Numbered from the stretch's first letter, positions 42,452 through 53,405 are shown. The stretch is DNA of 64,000 nucleotides from Waddliaceae bacterium (GCA_963783885.1 CAWAPJ010000008.1:1-64000), one strand, 5' to 3'. Notes: generated from the letters alone by a model not told the origin. Numbers and translations are program-made.

Positions 42452-44233
42452 TTATTCTTTTTTATCAAGATACGTCAAAAATTCTTTTTCCATTTCAGGT
42501 TTAGAAGACAGAAATTTCAAGCAGTCTTCTTTAAGCTCTCGATGCACAACAAAAATCATTTCCCATTTAAGCCCATTACCATAACGGTCTTTCACCACAA
42601 CTCTATCGTCGTTATAAAGTCTGAAATAGTCATCCCATCGATGATTTGGAATGTACTTTGCTCTTTCAATCATGGTAATTTTAGCCTTGCTCCATCCAAA
42701 TATCCTGTCAAGGTGTGGATAGACTTTCATTAAAAGTTTCGCATCAAAAAAACGGTTGAGGTCCTCGCGAACAATTTCAATACTATATTCTGTAATTTCT
42801 TTTGGATTAACATTCATGAGTTCGATCAACGAGTCGATATAGGAAGGGGGAATCTTGTCGATTGCCTGACATAGAGTAGCCAGTTTATTGGACACAGGGT
42901 GCAACCCGGTTGTGAATTTATCGCGAAAAGAGGGGCCGCGTTCAAAAGCAGCCAGAAGAAGGACTGGAAGTGAAGAACAATCAGACCAAAGATAGTGTTT
43001 CTTTAGGAATTTGGCAAAGTTAACGGTTGGCGAATCTTTATCATCTACGTAATCCTTCAATAGATCAAGGGCTAAGAGTCTTCTCCTCGTGTCAATGCTT
43101 TTAAATACCTTTAAATATAAAGCGAAACGAATGAGGTCTTTGGAGATTTTAGCGATGAATGAGCAAATTTTTTCCTGCTGGTCGATAGGAAATGATGCCA
43201 TCATTTTTAAATGAGAAATGAGTTCATCAGAACCGTATGTCAGGTATAGGGTTGCAGCAGATTTTACTGCCTCAAGCGAGAGAGACTCTCTCTGTTGAAA
43301 GTCCCTCATTTGGCGTAAGACGGGAATGAGTTTATCGCATGTCAAGCGATAGTAAGGACTTTTTTGGTGAATTCTTTTGATAAACGGCATTGACAGTTCC
43401 AGGACTCGCGGGAAATTGTTTTCCGGTATGCTCACCAGTATACTGATCACATCGTTCGACGACAAACAATAAGGATAAGGTTTCAGAAGATCAATAGCCG
43501 CGTTAATCACGACAGGCCTTTGCTGCAAGGAGACTTTTCGGAGAGACATTAGGGCTTTGCTTCTCCTGGGAATTTTAAGAAGGGCAAACTTTTTGCAGGT
43601 TTCCTCCTCTTCCGGAAGGAGTTCTAGGGTCGCTTCTAAAATGCGGGCGACTTCGTCTCCCTCAGTGATTTTTGGATCAGCAGCCATAAGCGACGAGGTG
43701 AGTTCTATTGCTTTTGAACGGACTTCCGTGTTTAATCGGTGGACGGCAAAGAAAATAATTTTGATATCTATTCCACGCATAGTCTCTCGATTTAAAGAAG
43801 AGCAAAGGGAGGGCACTGTCGTTTTTTCCGAAGGGTGAAAAAATTTAGCTATGTGCTGGAAGCAATAAGAAGGATGGGAGTCAGGCATCTTTTTGATGGC
43901 CCTGATAAGAATTTCGAGGTCTTCCTGGTTCATTGATCGGTTGACAAACGGCGAGAGGGATTCGGCTATAGAATCATCATCAGGGAGGAGGCATTTGAGA
44001 AAAATGCGATTGATTGCGGCGCCGAGGTCTTGATTCCAGAGGAGGGTTACTCGCCAGTTCATTTTTTTGAGTTTCTCGATATGGTCGATTTGGAATTCAT
44101 TTCGGTGACCGTTTAGCCACGACTCGATCTTTGAGACCACCTCCTGCGATTTTCCACGGAGGCCTAGGATTTGTTTGAAAGCCCTGATGCTGTGGGCTTC
44201 AGATAATTGATTGACTGTATTTTCAAGATTCAT
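42452..44233 (-). CDS. Hypothetical helical protein, tandem paralog 1
   Basis: Full-length similarity to 40718-42448. Confidence 0.8.
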   Translation of the reverse strand: MNLENTVNQLSEAHSIRAFKQILGLRGKSQEVVSKIESWLNGHRNEFQIDHIEKLKKMNWRVTLLWNQDLGAAINRIFLKCLLPDDDSIAESLSPFVNRSMNQEDLEILIRAIKKMPDSHPSYCFQHIAKFFHPSEKTTVPSLCSSLNRETMRGIDIKIIFFAVHRLNTEVRSKAIELTSSLMAADPKITEGDEVARILEATLELLPEEEETCKKFALLKIPRRSKALMSLRKVSLQQRPVVINAAIDLLKPYPYCLSSNDVISILVSIPENNFPRVLELSMPFIKRIHQKSPYYRLTCDKLIPVLRQMRDFQQRESLSLEAVKSAATLYLTYGSDELISHLKMMASFPIDQQEKICSFIAKISKDLIRFALYLKVFKSIDTRRRLLALDLLKDYVDDKDSPTVNFAKFLKKHYLWSDCSSLPVLLLAAFERGPSFRDKFTTGLHPVSNKLATLCQAIDKIPPSYIDSLIELMNVNPKEITEYSIEIVREDLNRFFDAKLLMKVYPHLDRIFGWSKAKITMIERAKYIPNHRWDDYFRLYNDDRVVVKDRYGNGLKWEMIFVVHRELKEDCLKFLSSKPEMEKEFLTYLDKKE

Positions 44234-44348
44234 TGCGGCCGATTATAGACGGGTGAAAATTTAGTTGCAAAGAGAACGTAGGATCTTGATAGGAAAAGCG
44301 TTTCAAGCTATATCTTAAAGGTGATATATTAGTGATGAGAGGCCAGCC

Positions 44349-45665
44349 ATGATGATTGATTTTCAAATACTTGCCCAGATTCCTTTAAACGTCGATTTCA
44401 AGTTGATCATTTATGCTATCGTGGCTTTTATCTTTGTCGGCGTTGGCCTGGCGACCATGATTTTATTCACTAGGGCAAAGCTGGTGAGTTCTGAAGAGGT
44501 TGAGCTTAAGATAAACGAAGACCCCGACTTGACGATCCATCACCGCGCCGGGACGACTCTGCTGAATGCCCTTTCGGTTCACGGCATCCCCGTTCCCTCA
44601 CCCTGCGGCGGCAAGGCCACCTGCAAGCAGTGCAAAGTACAGGTTCTCGAAGGGGCCGGAATACCTCTGCAGACCGATGTCGACACATTTACTAAAAGGG
44701 AGCTGAAGGAAGGGTGGCGCCTTTCCTGCCAGTGCAAGGTAAAGCACGATATGCACCTGCATATCGAAGAGAAATATCTTTCCGTTCAAGAAGTGCAGGC
44801 AAAAGTTATCAGCAACGAAAATGTCGCGACCTTCATCAAAGAACTGGTGGTTGAAGTCGAGGAAGAGATTCCCTATCGGTCGGGCGGATACATGCAATTT
44901 CATGTTCCTCCTTTTAAAACGAACACTTCCGACTGGAAGGAGACGATGAGTCCCGAATATTTCGAGGATTGGGAAAAGTTCGGTCTGTTCGACCGCGAAA
45001 TTGACTTTAGCGACCTTAGCGAAGAAATTATTAGAGCTTATTCTTTTGCTTCGTTTCCCGATGAAGGAAAAAAACTCAAGTTTAATATCCGTATAGCGTC
45101 TCCTCCTTTTATCAAAGGAAAACTTGCGGAAAATATCCCCTGGGGGATTTGTTCTTCCTATACGTTCATGTTAAAACCCGGTGATAAAATCCGTCTTTCA
45201 GGACCCTATGGCGAATCATTTATGATTGAGGATAACAGGGATTTGGTATTCCTGATCGGCGGGGCGGGTTCTTCGTTTGGCCGAAGCCATATCCTGCATC
45301 TATTCAATACTGATAAAACAAAGCGAAACGTCACATTCTGGTACGGTGCCAGGTCGCTGAAAGAAAATATTTATCAGGAAGAATATGAAGAGCTCGACAG
45401 ACAGCATGAGAATTTCACTTACAAGCTGGTTCTGTCCGAGCCGACAAAAGAAGATATTGAAGGCGGATGGCCTAAAGACGACCCTTTGAAGACCAACTAC
45501 CTCTATCTCGCTTTCAAAGAGGGGCAGCTTAAAGATATGGAAGAGCCCGAAGAGTGTCTGTATTATGTCTGCGGGCCGCCTCTTCACAACTCTTCGGTGA
45601 TGAAATTACTTGAGGACTACGGCGTCCCACGGGAAAATATTATCCTCGACGACTTCGGAAGCTGA
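44349..45665 (+). CDS. nqrF: Na+-translocating NADH:quinone reductase subunit F
   Basis: SPCGGKATCKQC, RLSCQ, NVATFIKEL, RAYS, WYGARS, CGPP, DDFG. Confidence 0.95.
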   Translation: MMIDFQILAQIPLNVDFKLIIYAIVAFIFVGVGLATMILFTRAKLVSSEEVELKINEDPDLTIHHRAGTTLLNALSVHGIPVPSPCGGKATCKQCKVQVLEGAGIPLQTDVDTFTKRELKEGWRLSCQCKVKHDMHLHIEEKYLSVQEVQAKVISNENVATFIKELVVEVEEEIPYRSGGYMQFHVPPFKTNTSDWKETMSPEYFEDWEKFGLFDREIDFSDLSEEIIRAYSFASFPDEGKKLKFNIRIASPPFIKGKLAENIPWGICSSYTFMLKPGDKIRLSGPYGESFMIEDNRDLVFLIGGAGSSFGRSHILHLFNTDKTKRNVTFWYGARSLKENIYQEEYEELDRQHENFTYKLVLSEPTKEDIEGGWPKDDPLKTNYLYLAFKEGQLKDMEEPEECLYYVCGPPLHNSSVMKLLEDYGVPRENIILDDFGS

Positions 45666-45667
45666 TC

Positions 45668-47302
45668 ATGAAAATTCAACTTGCCCAGATAGATCCCACA
45701 GTGGGCGACCTGAAAGGAAACAGAGACAAGATCATAGAGCAGATTCGGTCTGCAAAAAAAAGAGGCGCCGACCTTGTCGTTTTTCCCGAGCTGGCATTGA
45801 CAGGCTACCCTCCTGAAGATTTGCTTCTCTTGCCTCAGTTTATCGATGAGACCGAATATCAGCTTCATCTCATCCTTAAGGAAACTAAAGGGATCACCGC
45901 GCTCATTGGATTTCCGAGAAAAAATAACAGGGAAGGGGAAAAAGCGCTCTGCAACAGCGCGGCTGTTTTATCCGACGAAAAGATTATCGGCTTCCATGAC
46001 AAGATCTTGCTTCCGACATATGATGTTTTCAGTGAGAGGCGTTATTTTGAACCCGGAAAGGACGTCACTCTTTGGAATATCGCGGGAAAAAAAGTGGGCA
46101 TCACTATCTGCGAAGATATTTGGCAGCATGCCGAAGCCGTGAAAGACACCTCATACGGGAGTGACCCCGTGATTCTTTATGACAAACTCTCCCCGGAGAT
46201 ATTGATCAATCTCTCTTCGTCTCCTTACAGCTTCAATAAGCCTGCCAGAAGGTTTGCGGTGTGCAGAAAAGCCGCGCAAACTCTCAAATGTCTTGTCCTG
46301 ATATGCAATCAGGTTGGGGGAAATGACAGCCTGATTTTCGATGGATATAGCTTATTTGTTAATGAACATGGCCAGCTTGTCGAAAATGCCAAAGGATTTT
46401 GCGAGGATTCATTATATTTGGATCTTGAAAAAAAACAGGAGCCCAGAAAGTGGCATAGCGATGCTTATGAGGATCTGTTTCACGCCTTGGTTTTGGGCTT
46501 AAAAGATTACTTCACTAAACTCGGATTTAAAAAGGCCTGTTTCGGACTTTCAGGAGGTATTGACTCTGCTGTCACAGCCTGCATAGCTAAAGAGGCGCTC
46601 GGCCCCGAGAATGTTTTGGCCGTCTGCATGCCGTCCCGATATTCTTCGAAGGCAAGCAGCGATGATGCTTAAGCACTTGTGGAAAATTTAGGAATCGAGG
46701 TCAAGTGGATTGAAATTGAAGAACCTTTCAAGGCTTATCTCGATTTGCTTGGACCGCATTTTGAGGGAAAAGAATCCGATGCCACAGAGGAAAATATACA
46801 GGCGCGCATCCGGTCGATGATTCTCATGGCCCTCTCCAACAAACATGGCTACATCGTGCTGAGCACGGGGAATAAAAGTGAAATGGCGATGGGGTATTCA
46901 ACGCTTTACGGCGATATGAGCGGCGGGCTTGGGGTACTTAGCGATGTGACAAAAGAGCAGGTCTATGCTCTTGCCGACTGGATCAATCGAAATAAAGAAG
47001 TAATTCCGAAAAATGTTATTGAGAAGCCCCCATCGGCCGAACTGCGCCCCGAGCAAAAAGACTCCGACAGTCTGCCCGACTATGCCATTGTCGATGCTGT
47101 TCTCAACGATTACATTATTGATCATTTGCCCCCGGAGGAAATTGCCGATAAGCATGAGTATCCTCTCGATCTTGTGGAAAGTTTGATTAAGCGGATCCAT
47201 CTCAATGAATATAAAAGGCGGCAAAGCCCTCCCGGCCTCAGAGTTTCAGAGAAGGCCTTTTCTATCGGCCGCCGCTTCCCCATTGTTCAAAAATGGGTTT
47301 GA
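45668..47302 (+). pseudogene. nadE: Glutamine-dependent NAD+ synthetase interrupted by in-frame TAA at 46670-46672
   Basis: Nitrilase domain (FPEL..GYPPEDL, ICED) + SGGIDS, then ENIQARIR, TGNKSE, PSAEL, EYKRRQ in the same frame after the stop. Confidence 0.88.
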
Positions 47303-50300
47303 TTGAACTTCATGGCTGTGTTCAAGGGTGCTTGAAAAAATTCCAGTAATATAGCAAAGCTTTTCTAACTCTGTGAGACCAAGGGGTCCGTTATAGCAGC
47401 CGTAGTCGCGCCCTCCGTTTGTTCTGAAACCGCGATCTGGATCATAATTTTTAGATCTTTGAAGTTCAATTTCGATCTCGACTTCCGGAGGATAGAGGCC
47501 CTCTTGCAGCTTCTTATTTTTTAGCGCCCCAACGTACCCTTTTTCTGTTGCCTGCATCCAAAATATGAGTTGTTTAGCCAATCTTTCCCAATCGACAGAG
47601 CAATGATTGGCAAAGAGGCTAACTGCTTCTTCGCTTCTCCTTGTAGAGCCTTGCAAAACATAAATAAAACCTTGCCTGAAATCCTCCGCGAGTTCGGATA
47701 TTACCGATGAATCCCGCCAATTCAGGCGGCCTTGTTTGTCAATACGGTCAACGAGCAAAAGAGCATCCACTAAAATCACTGTTGCCCGAGCGGCTAAGGG
47801 AAGATAACGCTTTATGTCTGATAGATCTTCTAAATCTGTTGATTCCAGTTTGATATTTTTTTCAAGGATAGAAAAGGGAATGAAGTCTCCAATATCACGG
47901 GCGCCTGTAGCCAGCGAAACGTTGGGAAAGGCGACAGCGGGGAGAGGGGCGCTCAATCGGCCTGCTCCAAGTCCAGCATTATTTCCTTCAAACGCTTCGT
48001 CTGATCGGATAAGATCGGCAAGAATCTGATACTTTCTTCCAAACATCTCATTATGAAAAAGGGTGACAAGGTCAATTTTTATTTTCCCGACAGATATTGC
48101 CATAGCAGTATCTAGCAGCCAACGTTTTCTCCCTTTCCTCCACTTCTTTGCAAGATGAAGAGAGTCGTTCGGATAATCGTAATATCCTTTAGGTGGCAGA
48201 AAACTATAAACGACTTGACTTTCGGTAGGGCTTATTTCTGGAATCTGATCTCTAATCCAAGATGGAGTACGTTGCACCCAAAAAATACCCTTGGGTTTAG
48301 GGAGAATGGATTGGCAGCCGATCTGATTTAAAAGATCAATTGCAAGAGGTTCGGCGGCAAGTTGTTGAACGGGTTCAGTGAGTTTACGAAATTTTATGGC
48401 TTTTTCCCCTTTGGGCCCTTGCCATGTAATTGTTCTTCCATAAATTTTAATTGTTTTATTCTCGGCTGCAGGAAAGTCGAGCTGACGCACAGGTGTTGGC
48501 TCAGTCTGATTTAGGTATACCGATTTGAATTTATTTTCAAACATTGAACAAGAGGAACTCTGTCCTGCGAGTCCATTCCAGACTAAGACAGCAAAATCGC
48601 CGAAGGTGGAATGAGAACGCCCGCCGGGACGAATGCTGAGCGTTTTGGTATAGAGCAGCGCTTGTAAAACAGGCTCGAAGATTTTTGGATTTTCGAATGC
48701 TGTGGATATAAAAGCTCGTGATTGCGATTCTGTCAGCTTTATTTTGAGAATATCTTTCCGGATTTTTGGGAACTTGCCAACAAGCCAAAACATGGCCGAT
48801 ACCCAGGAATGATCGGGAATGAGTTCAAACGCTTCATCGGTTAATACTGCTGAGAACTCAACAACAAGATCTTTTATTTTATGAGATTTCTTCTCATGTA
48901 GGACATGTTTTAAGATTTGCTTATTGCACTCTGCGAGGTGTTGGTTGAAGTTAATCACAGTCTCGAGATTTTCTTTATCATGATATGTTTCCATTGGGAA
49001 CTGGATATTAGGATATTTTTTAACAACATCCCGAACAAGAGTATCACTGCAGCTCAAGTGAATATAGGTGACGGTTTCAGACCCCTGCCAAAATGTTAGG
49101 ATTTTTCCCAATAGGTCAACGGGATCTTCTTCAACAATAGGAGGGTTTTCCAGGAGCACAGGGAGAAGAAAAGGGCGGCATTTTTCGGGAAGCTTTTCAA
49201 ATGCTTCGGGAAGCTTGAGATTTTCCTTCATCAGGAGGATTAAATTTTGCCTAAAGTTGTTATCAAACGCACCATATCCTAATCCTAGCCAATGTATAAG
49301 TTTGCGGCGAAGCCGCTTGACTTTTTGCGAGGGGTTGTCTGTGAAATAAACTTGCTTTTGGAACTCAATAATTTCATCTTGGGACAATTGCTCTAAAAAA
49401 TAAGAGGTTCTATATTTTTCAGAAGGTAAAGCATCAATAATGCTACGAACCATGAGTTTAGCATTTGATGGGCAGCATGCTCTAAGGTAACGAATTTTCA
49501 TTTTTGCAAAGTGATTTTGATTACCTTTCTTTTCAGTATATTGAATGATTCTAAGGCGCAGTTTTTCTACAACTTCAGCCTCACTCTGCTCGATGAACCA
49601 TGTTAAATAATTTTTTACATAAGTGTCGTTAATTGACTTTTTGTCGATGAGGTAAAATACAATTTCTTCGTGCTCATGCTGGGGCCAGAGGTCGCGCCAC
49701 TTGTGAATGAATTTAACTAAAGTATCAAATTTTTGAATGTATTTTCTGATATTACTTATGTTCCTCATCAGGTCTTTCACTTCATTGATCTGTTGTGAAG
49801 ATGGCTCTTTCAAATCACTGAGTCGGTAGCACATTTTTCTCAGCAACTCAACTTTTTCTCTTTCGGTGTCTGTTTCATGACTAGCAGCTAAAAGCCATGC
49901 GAGCTTTTCATCCTGGACACGAGGTAAATAATGGTCGAATTTGGCAAGTTTATATCCTTTTTCCACAAATTGGGAAACTGAAGAACTGTCTGTTAAAATA
50001 GCGATAAAAAGCGGATTAGGAAGGGAATCGGCATTGGGGATTTTTCCACTCTGAAGATTCTCGATAAATGATGCAGATTCGACGAGATTCTCGTAGGTTC
50101 TGAATTTATATTTTTTTCTGTCTTGCGGCTGCCAGAGGAGTCCTTTTTCGATAAGGAGGGGAACAATGTCTCCCAGATTTGTCCAGAATATCTTTTCTGC
50201 GTCATTTCCACACATGAAGTATTCGAGTTGATCAATTCGACCTTCGAGTCCATTTAGGTCAAGAAATTCATCTGTTTTGATCATTTCTTTTAAGCAAGAG

Positions 50301-50659
50301 AATGCAAAGTAGGTTTTGGGTGAGACATTATTAGCCCGTTGGCACATCACATCCCAAACTGATTGGCCTTTCCCATTATGCTGTCCCCATTTGGCGCCCG
50401 CTTCTAGCAGGATTTGCAAGGCCTCTAAGGATTGGACAAAATGAATGGGAAAATTGCCTTTGCTGTCAGACATTTCAATCAGATAGGGGTAGTCTGAGCA
50501 CCATTTTTTTATGTCCACTAGATGATCGGCCTTTACAGCTTCATGCAGTCGGTTTTCCCCTATTTCATTTAGATATTGAGGACCGTTGAGGTCTTCTATC
50601 ATTTCTTGTTTAAGTTGAGTATTATGGTAATATCTTAAAGGAAATTGAACTATATTCAT
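47246..50659 (-). CDS. Ankyrin-repeat + SidJ-like pseudokinase (glutamylase-fold) protein
   Basis: N-terminal ankyrin-like LHEAV/DSKGNFPIH/LLEAGA; C-terminal GRT, AIKF..TEP, LPKP.G, FHN, GRL, PNV..G.RDIGD, DYGCYNG in SidJ order. Confidence 0.72.
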   Translation of the reverse strand: MNIVQFPLRYYHNTQLKQEMIEDLNGPQYLNEIGENRLHEAVKADHLVDIKKWCSDYPYLIEMSDSKGNFPIHFVQSLEALQILLEAGAKWGQHNGKGQSVWDVMCQRANNVSPKTYFAFSCLKEMIKTDEFLDLNGLEGRIDQLEYFMCGNDAEKIFWTNLGDIVPLLIEKGLLWQPQDRKKYKFRTYENLVESASFIENLQSGKIPNADSLPNPLFIAILTDSSSVSQFVEKGYKLAKFDHYLPRVQDEKLAWLLAASHETDTEREKVELLRKMCYRLSDLKEPSSQQINEVKDLMRNISNIRKYIQKFDTLVKFIHKWRDLWPQHEHEEIVFYLIDKKSINDTYVKNYLTWFIEQSEAEVVEKLRLRIIQYTEKKGNQNHFAKMKIRYLRACCPSNAKLMVRSIIDALPSEKYRTSYFLEQLSQDEIIEFQKQVYFTDNPSQKVKRLRRKLIHWLGLGYGAFDNNFRQNLILLMKENLKLPEAFEKLPEKCRPFLLPVLLENPPIVEEDPVDLLGKILTFWQGSETVTYIHLSCSDTLVRDVVKKYPNIQFPMETYHDKENLETVINFNQHLAECNKQILKHVLHEKKSHKIKDLVVEFSAVLTDEAFELIPDHSWVSAMFWLVGKFPKIRKDILKIKLTESQSRAFISTAFENPKIFEPVLQALLYTKTLSIRPGGRSHSTFGDFAVLVWNGLAGQSSSCSMFENKFKSVYLNQTEPTPVRQLDFPAAENKTIKIYGRTITWQGPKGEKAIKFRKLTEPVQQLAAEPLAIDLLNQIGCQSILPKPKGIFWVQRTPSWIRDQIPEISPTESQVVYSFLPPKGYYDYPNDSLHLAKKWRKGRKRWLLDTAMAISVGKIKIDLVTLFHNEMFGRKYQILADLIRSDEAFEGNNAGLGAGRLSAPLPAVAFPNVSLATGARDIGDFIPFSILEKNIKLESTDLEDLSDIKRYLPLAARATVILVDALLLVDRIDKQGRLNWRDSSVISELAEDFRQGFIYVLQGSTRRSEEAVSLFANHCSVDWERLAKQLIFWMQATEKGYVGALKNKKLQEGLYPPEVEIEIELQRSKNYDPDRGFRTNGGRDYGCYNGPLGLTELEKLCYITGIFSSTLEHSHEVQSNPFLNNGEAAADRKGLL

Positions 50660-50736
50660 GAAAAAATCCTGTTAATTAAATTATTATAAATTCATGATAA
50701 CTTTTTGTAAATATTTAAAAAATAAAATTGCAGTTA

Positions 50737-51435
50737 TTAAATATTAAAAACACCAATATTTCCCCGTTCCAGATAGTTGAAGTGGATAGATACGACAAGA
50801 TAGGTTATCAACAGATACCATAGGGCGGCTCCTCCCCAAAAAAGATAGGAAATCTTTTTTTGAGAATCGTTGCCTTTAAGCACTGCATAGAGGATTTGAG
50901 AAAAAGTGCCGATAGTCATCGAGGTCATTCCCAGAAGAACCGGATTGTAGGATCGCATAATTGGGCTTTCGTCTACCTGGTTGTACAAGACCAAAGCAGC
51001 TGTCGGCAATAAGGTTCCTGCATCCCTAAGAGTTTTATTGAATTTTAGAAATGACGAAGAGGATCTTTCTGTGCAAGACACAAATGACTTATGTGCTAAG
51101 TAGACAGGGATTGATAAGAAGCAATGAAAAACCATGAGTGCTGTTTTTATCATATAGATTCTTTCTTCGGGATAAAGATCAGTGGGGATGCACTCGTCGG
51201 GCTTTAGCGTCCTGGCTTTTGGCAAAGCTTCATAAAGGAAAGAGAAATAATTGATGATCCCGCAACTGAATGTAAGTCCTGTTTTCTCATAGTCGTTTTG
51301 GATAACTTTTATTACGTGGAAAAATAATTCTGTCAGACGGCCCGACTTTCCCTTAAAAGGATTCAATTCTCTAGAAAAATCTATTGGCATTGATTTGCTT
51401 TCGACATTCATTTCTAAATACCTTTTGAATGGCAC
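50737..51435 (-). CDS. Hypothetical membrane protein
   Basis: Several hydrophobic segments; start uncertain. Confidence 0.6.
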   Translation of the reverse strand: MPFKRYLEMNVESKSMPIDFSRELNPFKGKSGRLTELFFHVIKVIQNDYEKTGLTFSCGIINYFSFLYEALPKARTLKPDECIPTDLYPEERIYMIKTALMVFHCFLSIPVYLAHKSFVSCTERSSSSFLKFNKTLRDAGTLLPTAALVLYNQVDESPIMRSYNPVLLGMTSMTIGTFSQILYAVLKGNDSQKKISYLFWGGAALWYLLITYLVVSIHFNYLERGNIGVFNI

Positions 51436-51479
51436 ATTTTCAATGTTTCACAAACTTATAGTCCAATCCTTTTCAATCG

Positions 51480-52370
51480 TCAAGAAAAATGAGAAAGAGG
51501 CATCACATCCGAAATGGTTGTTTCGCCGTGGCGGAGCATCATCAGGCGGTCAAAACCGACAGCGACCCCAGAGCAGGGGGGGAGTCCTTTCTTAAGGGCC
51601 TTAAGAAAATGATGATCTATGGGGAGGGGTTCTTTTCCCATTTCCTTCCGAATTTTATTAGCTTCAATAAACCGTTGTTTTTGGACATCGGCATCGCAAA
51701 GTTCATCATAGCCGTTAGCCAGTTCCATACCCTGATAATACACTTCAAAACGTTTGGCGCAGTCGTTTTCTATTTTGGCAAGAGCCGCTTGCGTTTTCGG
51801 ATAGTCAGTGATGACGGTGAGTTTATCTTTTCCGAGGCGAGGTTCCACCTTCAAGCCGAGAATGATATTGAGAAGTTCGTCTCTAGTATAAATACCTCTT
51901 GGGAGCCCTGCGAGTTTTCTTAGGTCCTCATCCGAAGCGTCAATATAATCGACCATCGCTTGCCGGTAGGTCATTTGCTCTTGATCGAGGTTTCCGAGAA
52001 AAAGGCGGATAAACTCGCACGTTTCATCGACCATCTGCTGATAGGAGAACCCGACGCGGTACCATTCGGCCATCATGAATTCCGGATTGTGTTTGGGGCC
52101 GAGTTCTGCATCACGGAATACGTGCGAGAGCTGATAGATATCTCCGATTCCTTCCGAGAGGAGCCGTTTCATTCCATATTCCGGCGAAGAGTGGAGGTAA
52201 TACGTATGCCGTTTGTCGTAAGTGGCTGTGATGAGGTCGATGTGGGCGTCGACGGAAGCTTCTTTGCTGAGCATCGGGCAGTCAACTTCAAGAATGCCCC
52301 GCTCTGCAAAAAACCGGCGGCATTTGGCCAGCATGCCCGCGCGGTCTAGCAAAATATCAAGACGAGACAC
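51480..52370 (-). CDS. epmA: EF-P lysine aminoacylase EpmA
   Basis: SSPEYGMKRLL, HNPEF.M.EWYR, ELANGY.EL, GVAVGFDRL; adjacent to efp. Confidence 0.93.
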   Translation of the reverse strand: MSRLDILLDRAGMLAKCRRFFAERGILEVDCPMLSKEASVDAHIDLITATYDKRHTYYLHSSPEYGMKRLLSEGIGDIYQLSHVFRDAELGPKHNPEFMMAEWYRVGFSYQQMVDETCEFIRLFLGNLDQEQMTYRQAMVDYIDASDEDLRKLAGLPRGIYTRDELLNIILGLKVEPRLGKDKLTVITDYPKTQAALAKIENDCAKRFEVYYQGMELANGYDELCDADVQKQRFIEANKIRKEMGKEPLPIDHHFLKALKKGLPPCSGVAVGFDRLMMLRHGETTISDVMPLSHFS

Positions 52371-52929
52371 GGGAGTCGTAAGAGCCGGTTCGGGTATCGA
52401 TTTTGACGATTTCGCCCTCGTTGACGAATATCGGAATTTGTACTTGGGCGCCTGTTTCCAGTGTTGCGGGTTTCATCACCCGCCCCGATGCTGTATCTCC
52501 CCTCACTCCGGGCGCTGTTTCGGTGACCTTCAGTTCCATGAATGTCGGCGGCTCGACGGCGATGGGGGACCCTTTATAGAAGACAATGTCGTAGACGACT
52601 TCTTCTTTGAGCCACTTTTTGGATTCTCCCAGCTGTTCAAAAGTGACGGTGACCTGGTCGTAGGTTTCATCATCCATAAAAACAGCGCCGTGCTGGTCTG
52701 TGTAGAGCAGCCGTTTGTAGGTTTCCTCGATATCGGCGAGATCCAGTTTTTCACCGGACTTAAAAGTTTTTTCAACAACCCGATTAGTGAGTAAATTTTT
52801 TAATTTAATTCGGTTAAAAGCCTGACCTTTTCCCGGCTTGACAAATTCGTTGGCGACGACCACAAAAGGCTGGGATTCAAGTTCGATTTTAAATCCGGGT
52901 CTGATTTCATTTGTCGTCACCTGCGCCAT
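52357..52929 (-). CDS. efp: Elongation factor P
   Basis: VKPGKGQAF, PGVRGDT, KPATLETG. Confidence 0.96.
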   Translation of the reverse strand: MAQVTTNEIRPGFKIELESQPFVVVANEFVKPGKGQAFNRIKLKNLLTNRVVEKTFKSGEKLDLADIEETYKRLLYTDQHGAVFMDDETYDQVTVTFEQLGESKKWLKEEVVYDIVFYKGSPIAVEPPTFMELKVTETAPGVRGDTASGRVMKPATLETGAQVQIPIFVNEGEIVKIDTRTGSYDSRVSS

Positions 52930-52991
52930 AAATTTGTCCTTGAGTTTTTTAATTTAAGAAAACACTATAGCAGAAAAAGGATTTATTTCAA

Positions 52992-53180
52992 ATGTGGCCA
53001 AAGAAGTATAAGGATTACCCCATTGATACCCCGCTAAAGCATCAGACAGTCGAGCCTGGCAAGGGGATCATTGGCGCTGAAATGAACGACATCAATGGGT
53101 GGGGCGGGGAGCATCACATCTATCGCAAGCGGAAAAAGGGGCTTTTTGCTCGTCTATTCGGCAGGAGAAAATCGCCTTGA
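52992..53180 (+). CDS. Small hypothetical protein
   Basis: 62-aa ORF divergent from efp, coupled to the next ORF. Confidence 0.55.
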   Translation: MWPKKYKDYPIDTPLKHQTVEPGKGIIGAEMNDINGWGGEHHIYRKRKKGLFARLFGRRKSP

Positions 53181-53383
53181 GCAGCAAAGGATCGCACACA
53201 TGGGATATCGTTATCGACTACCAGGCATGTCCTGAGTGCGGCTATATCAATGAAGACCGGCAGAAATACCGCTATGAAATGGGCGAATACGTCAAGGAAG
53301 TTACATGCTCTCGCTGCGGGCACAGCTTCACGGCCAAAAAATTCCACCGCCACAAATTCGGTCCTATCTGGGATTACGAGTGA
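53177..53383 (+). CDS. Small zinc-ribbon protein
   Basis: CPECG...CSRCG; TTGA overlap start with CAGGAG SD. Confidence 0.6.
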   Translation: MSSKGSHTWDIVIDYQACPECGYINEDRQKYRYEMGEYVKEVTCSRCGHSFTAKKFHRHKFGPIWDYE

Positions 53384-53405
53384 TAACTGAAATAATCTGC
53401 ATAAT

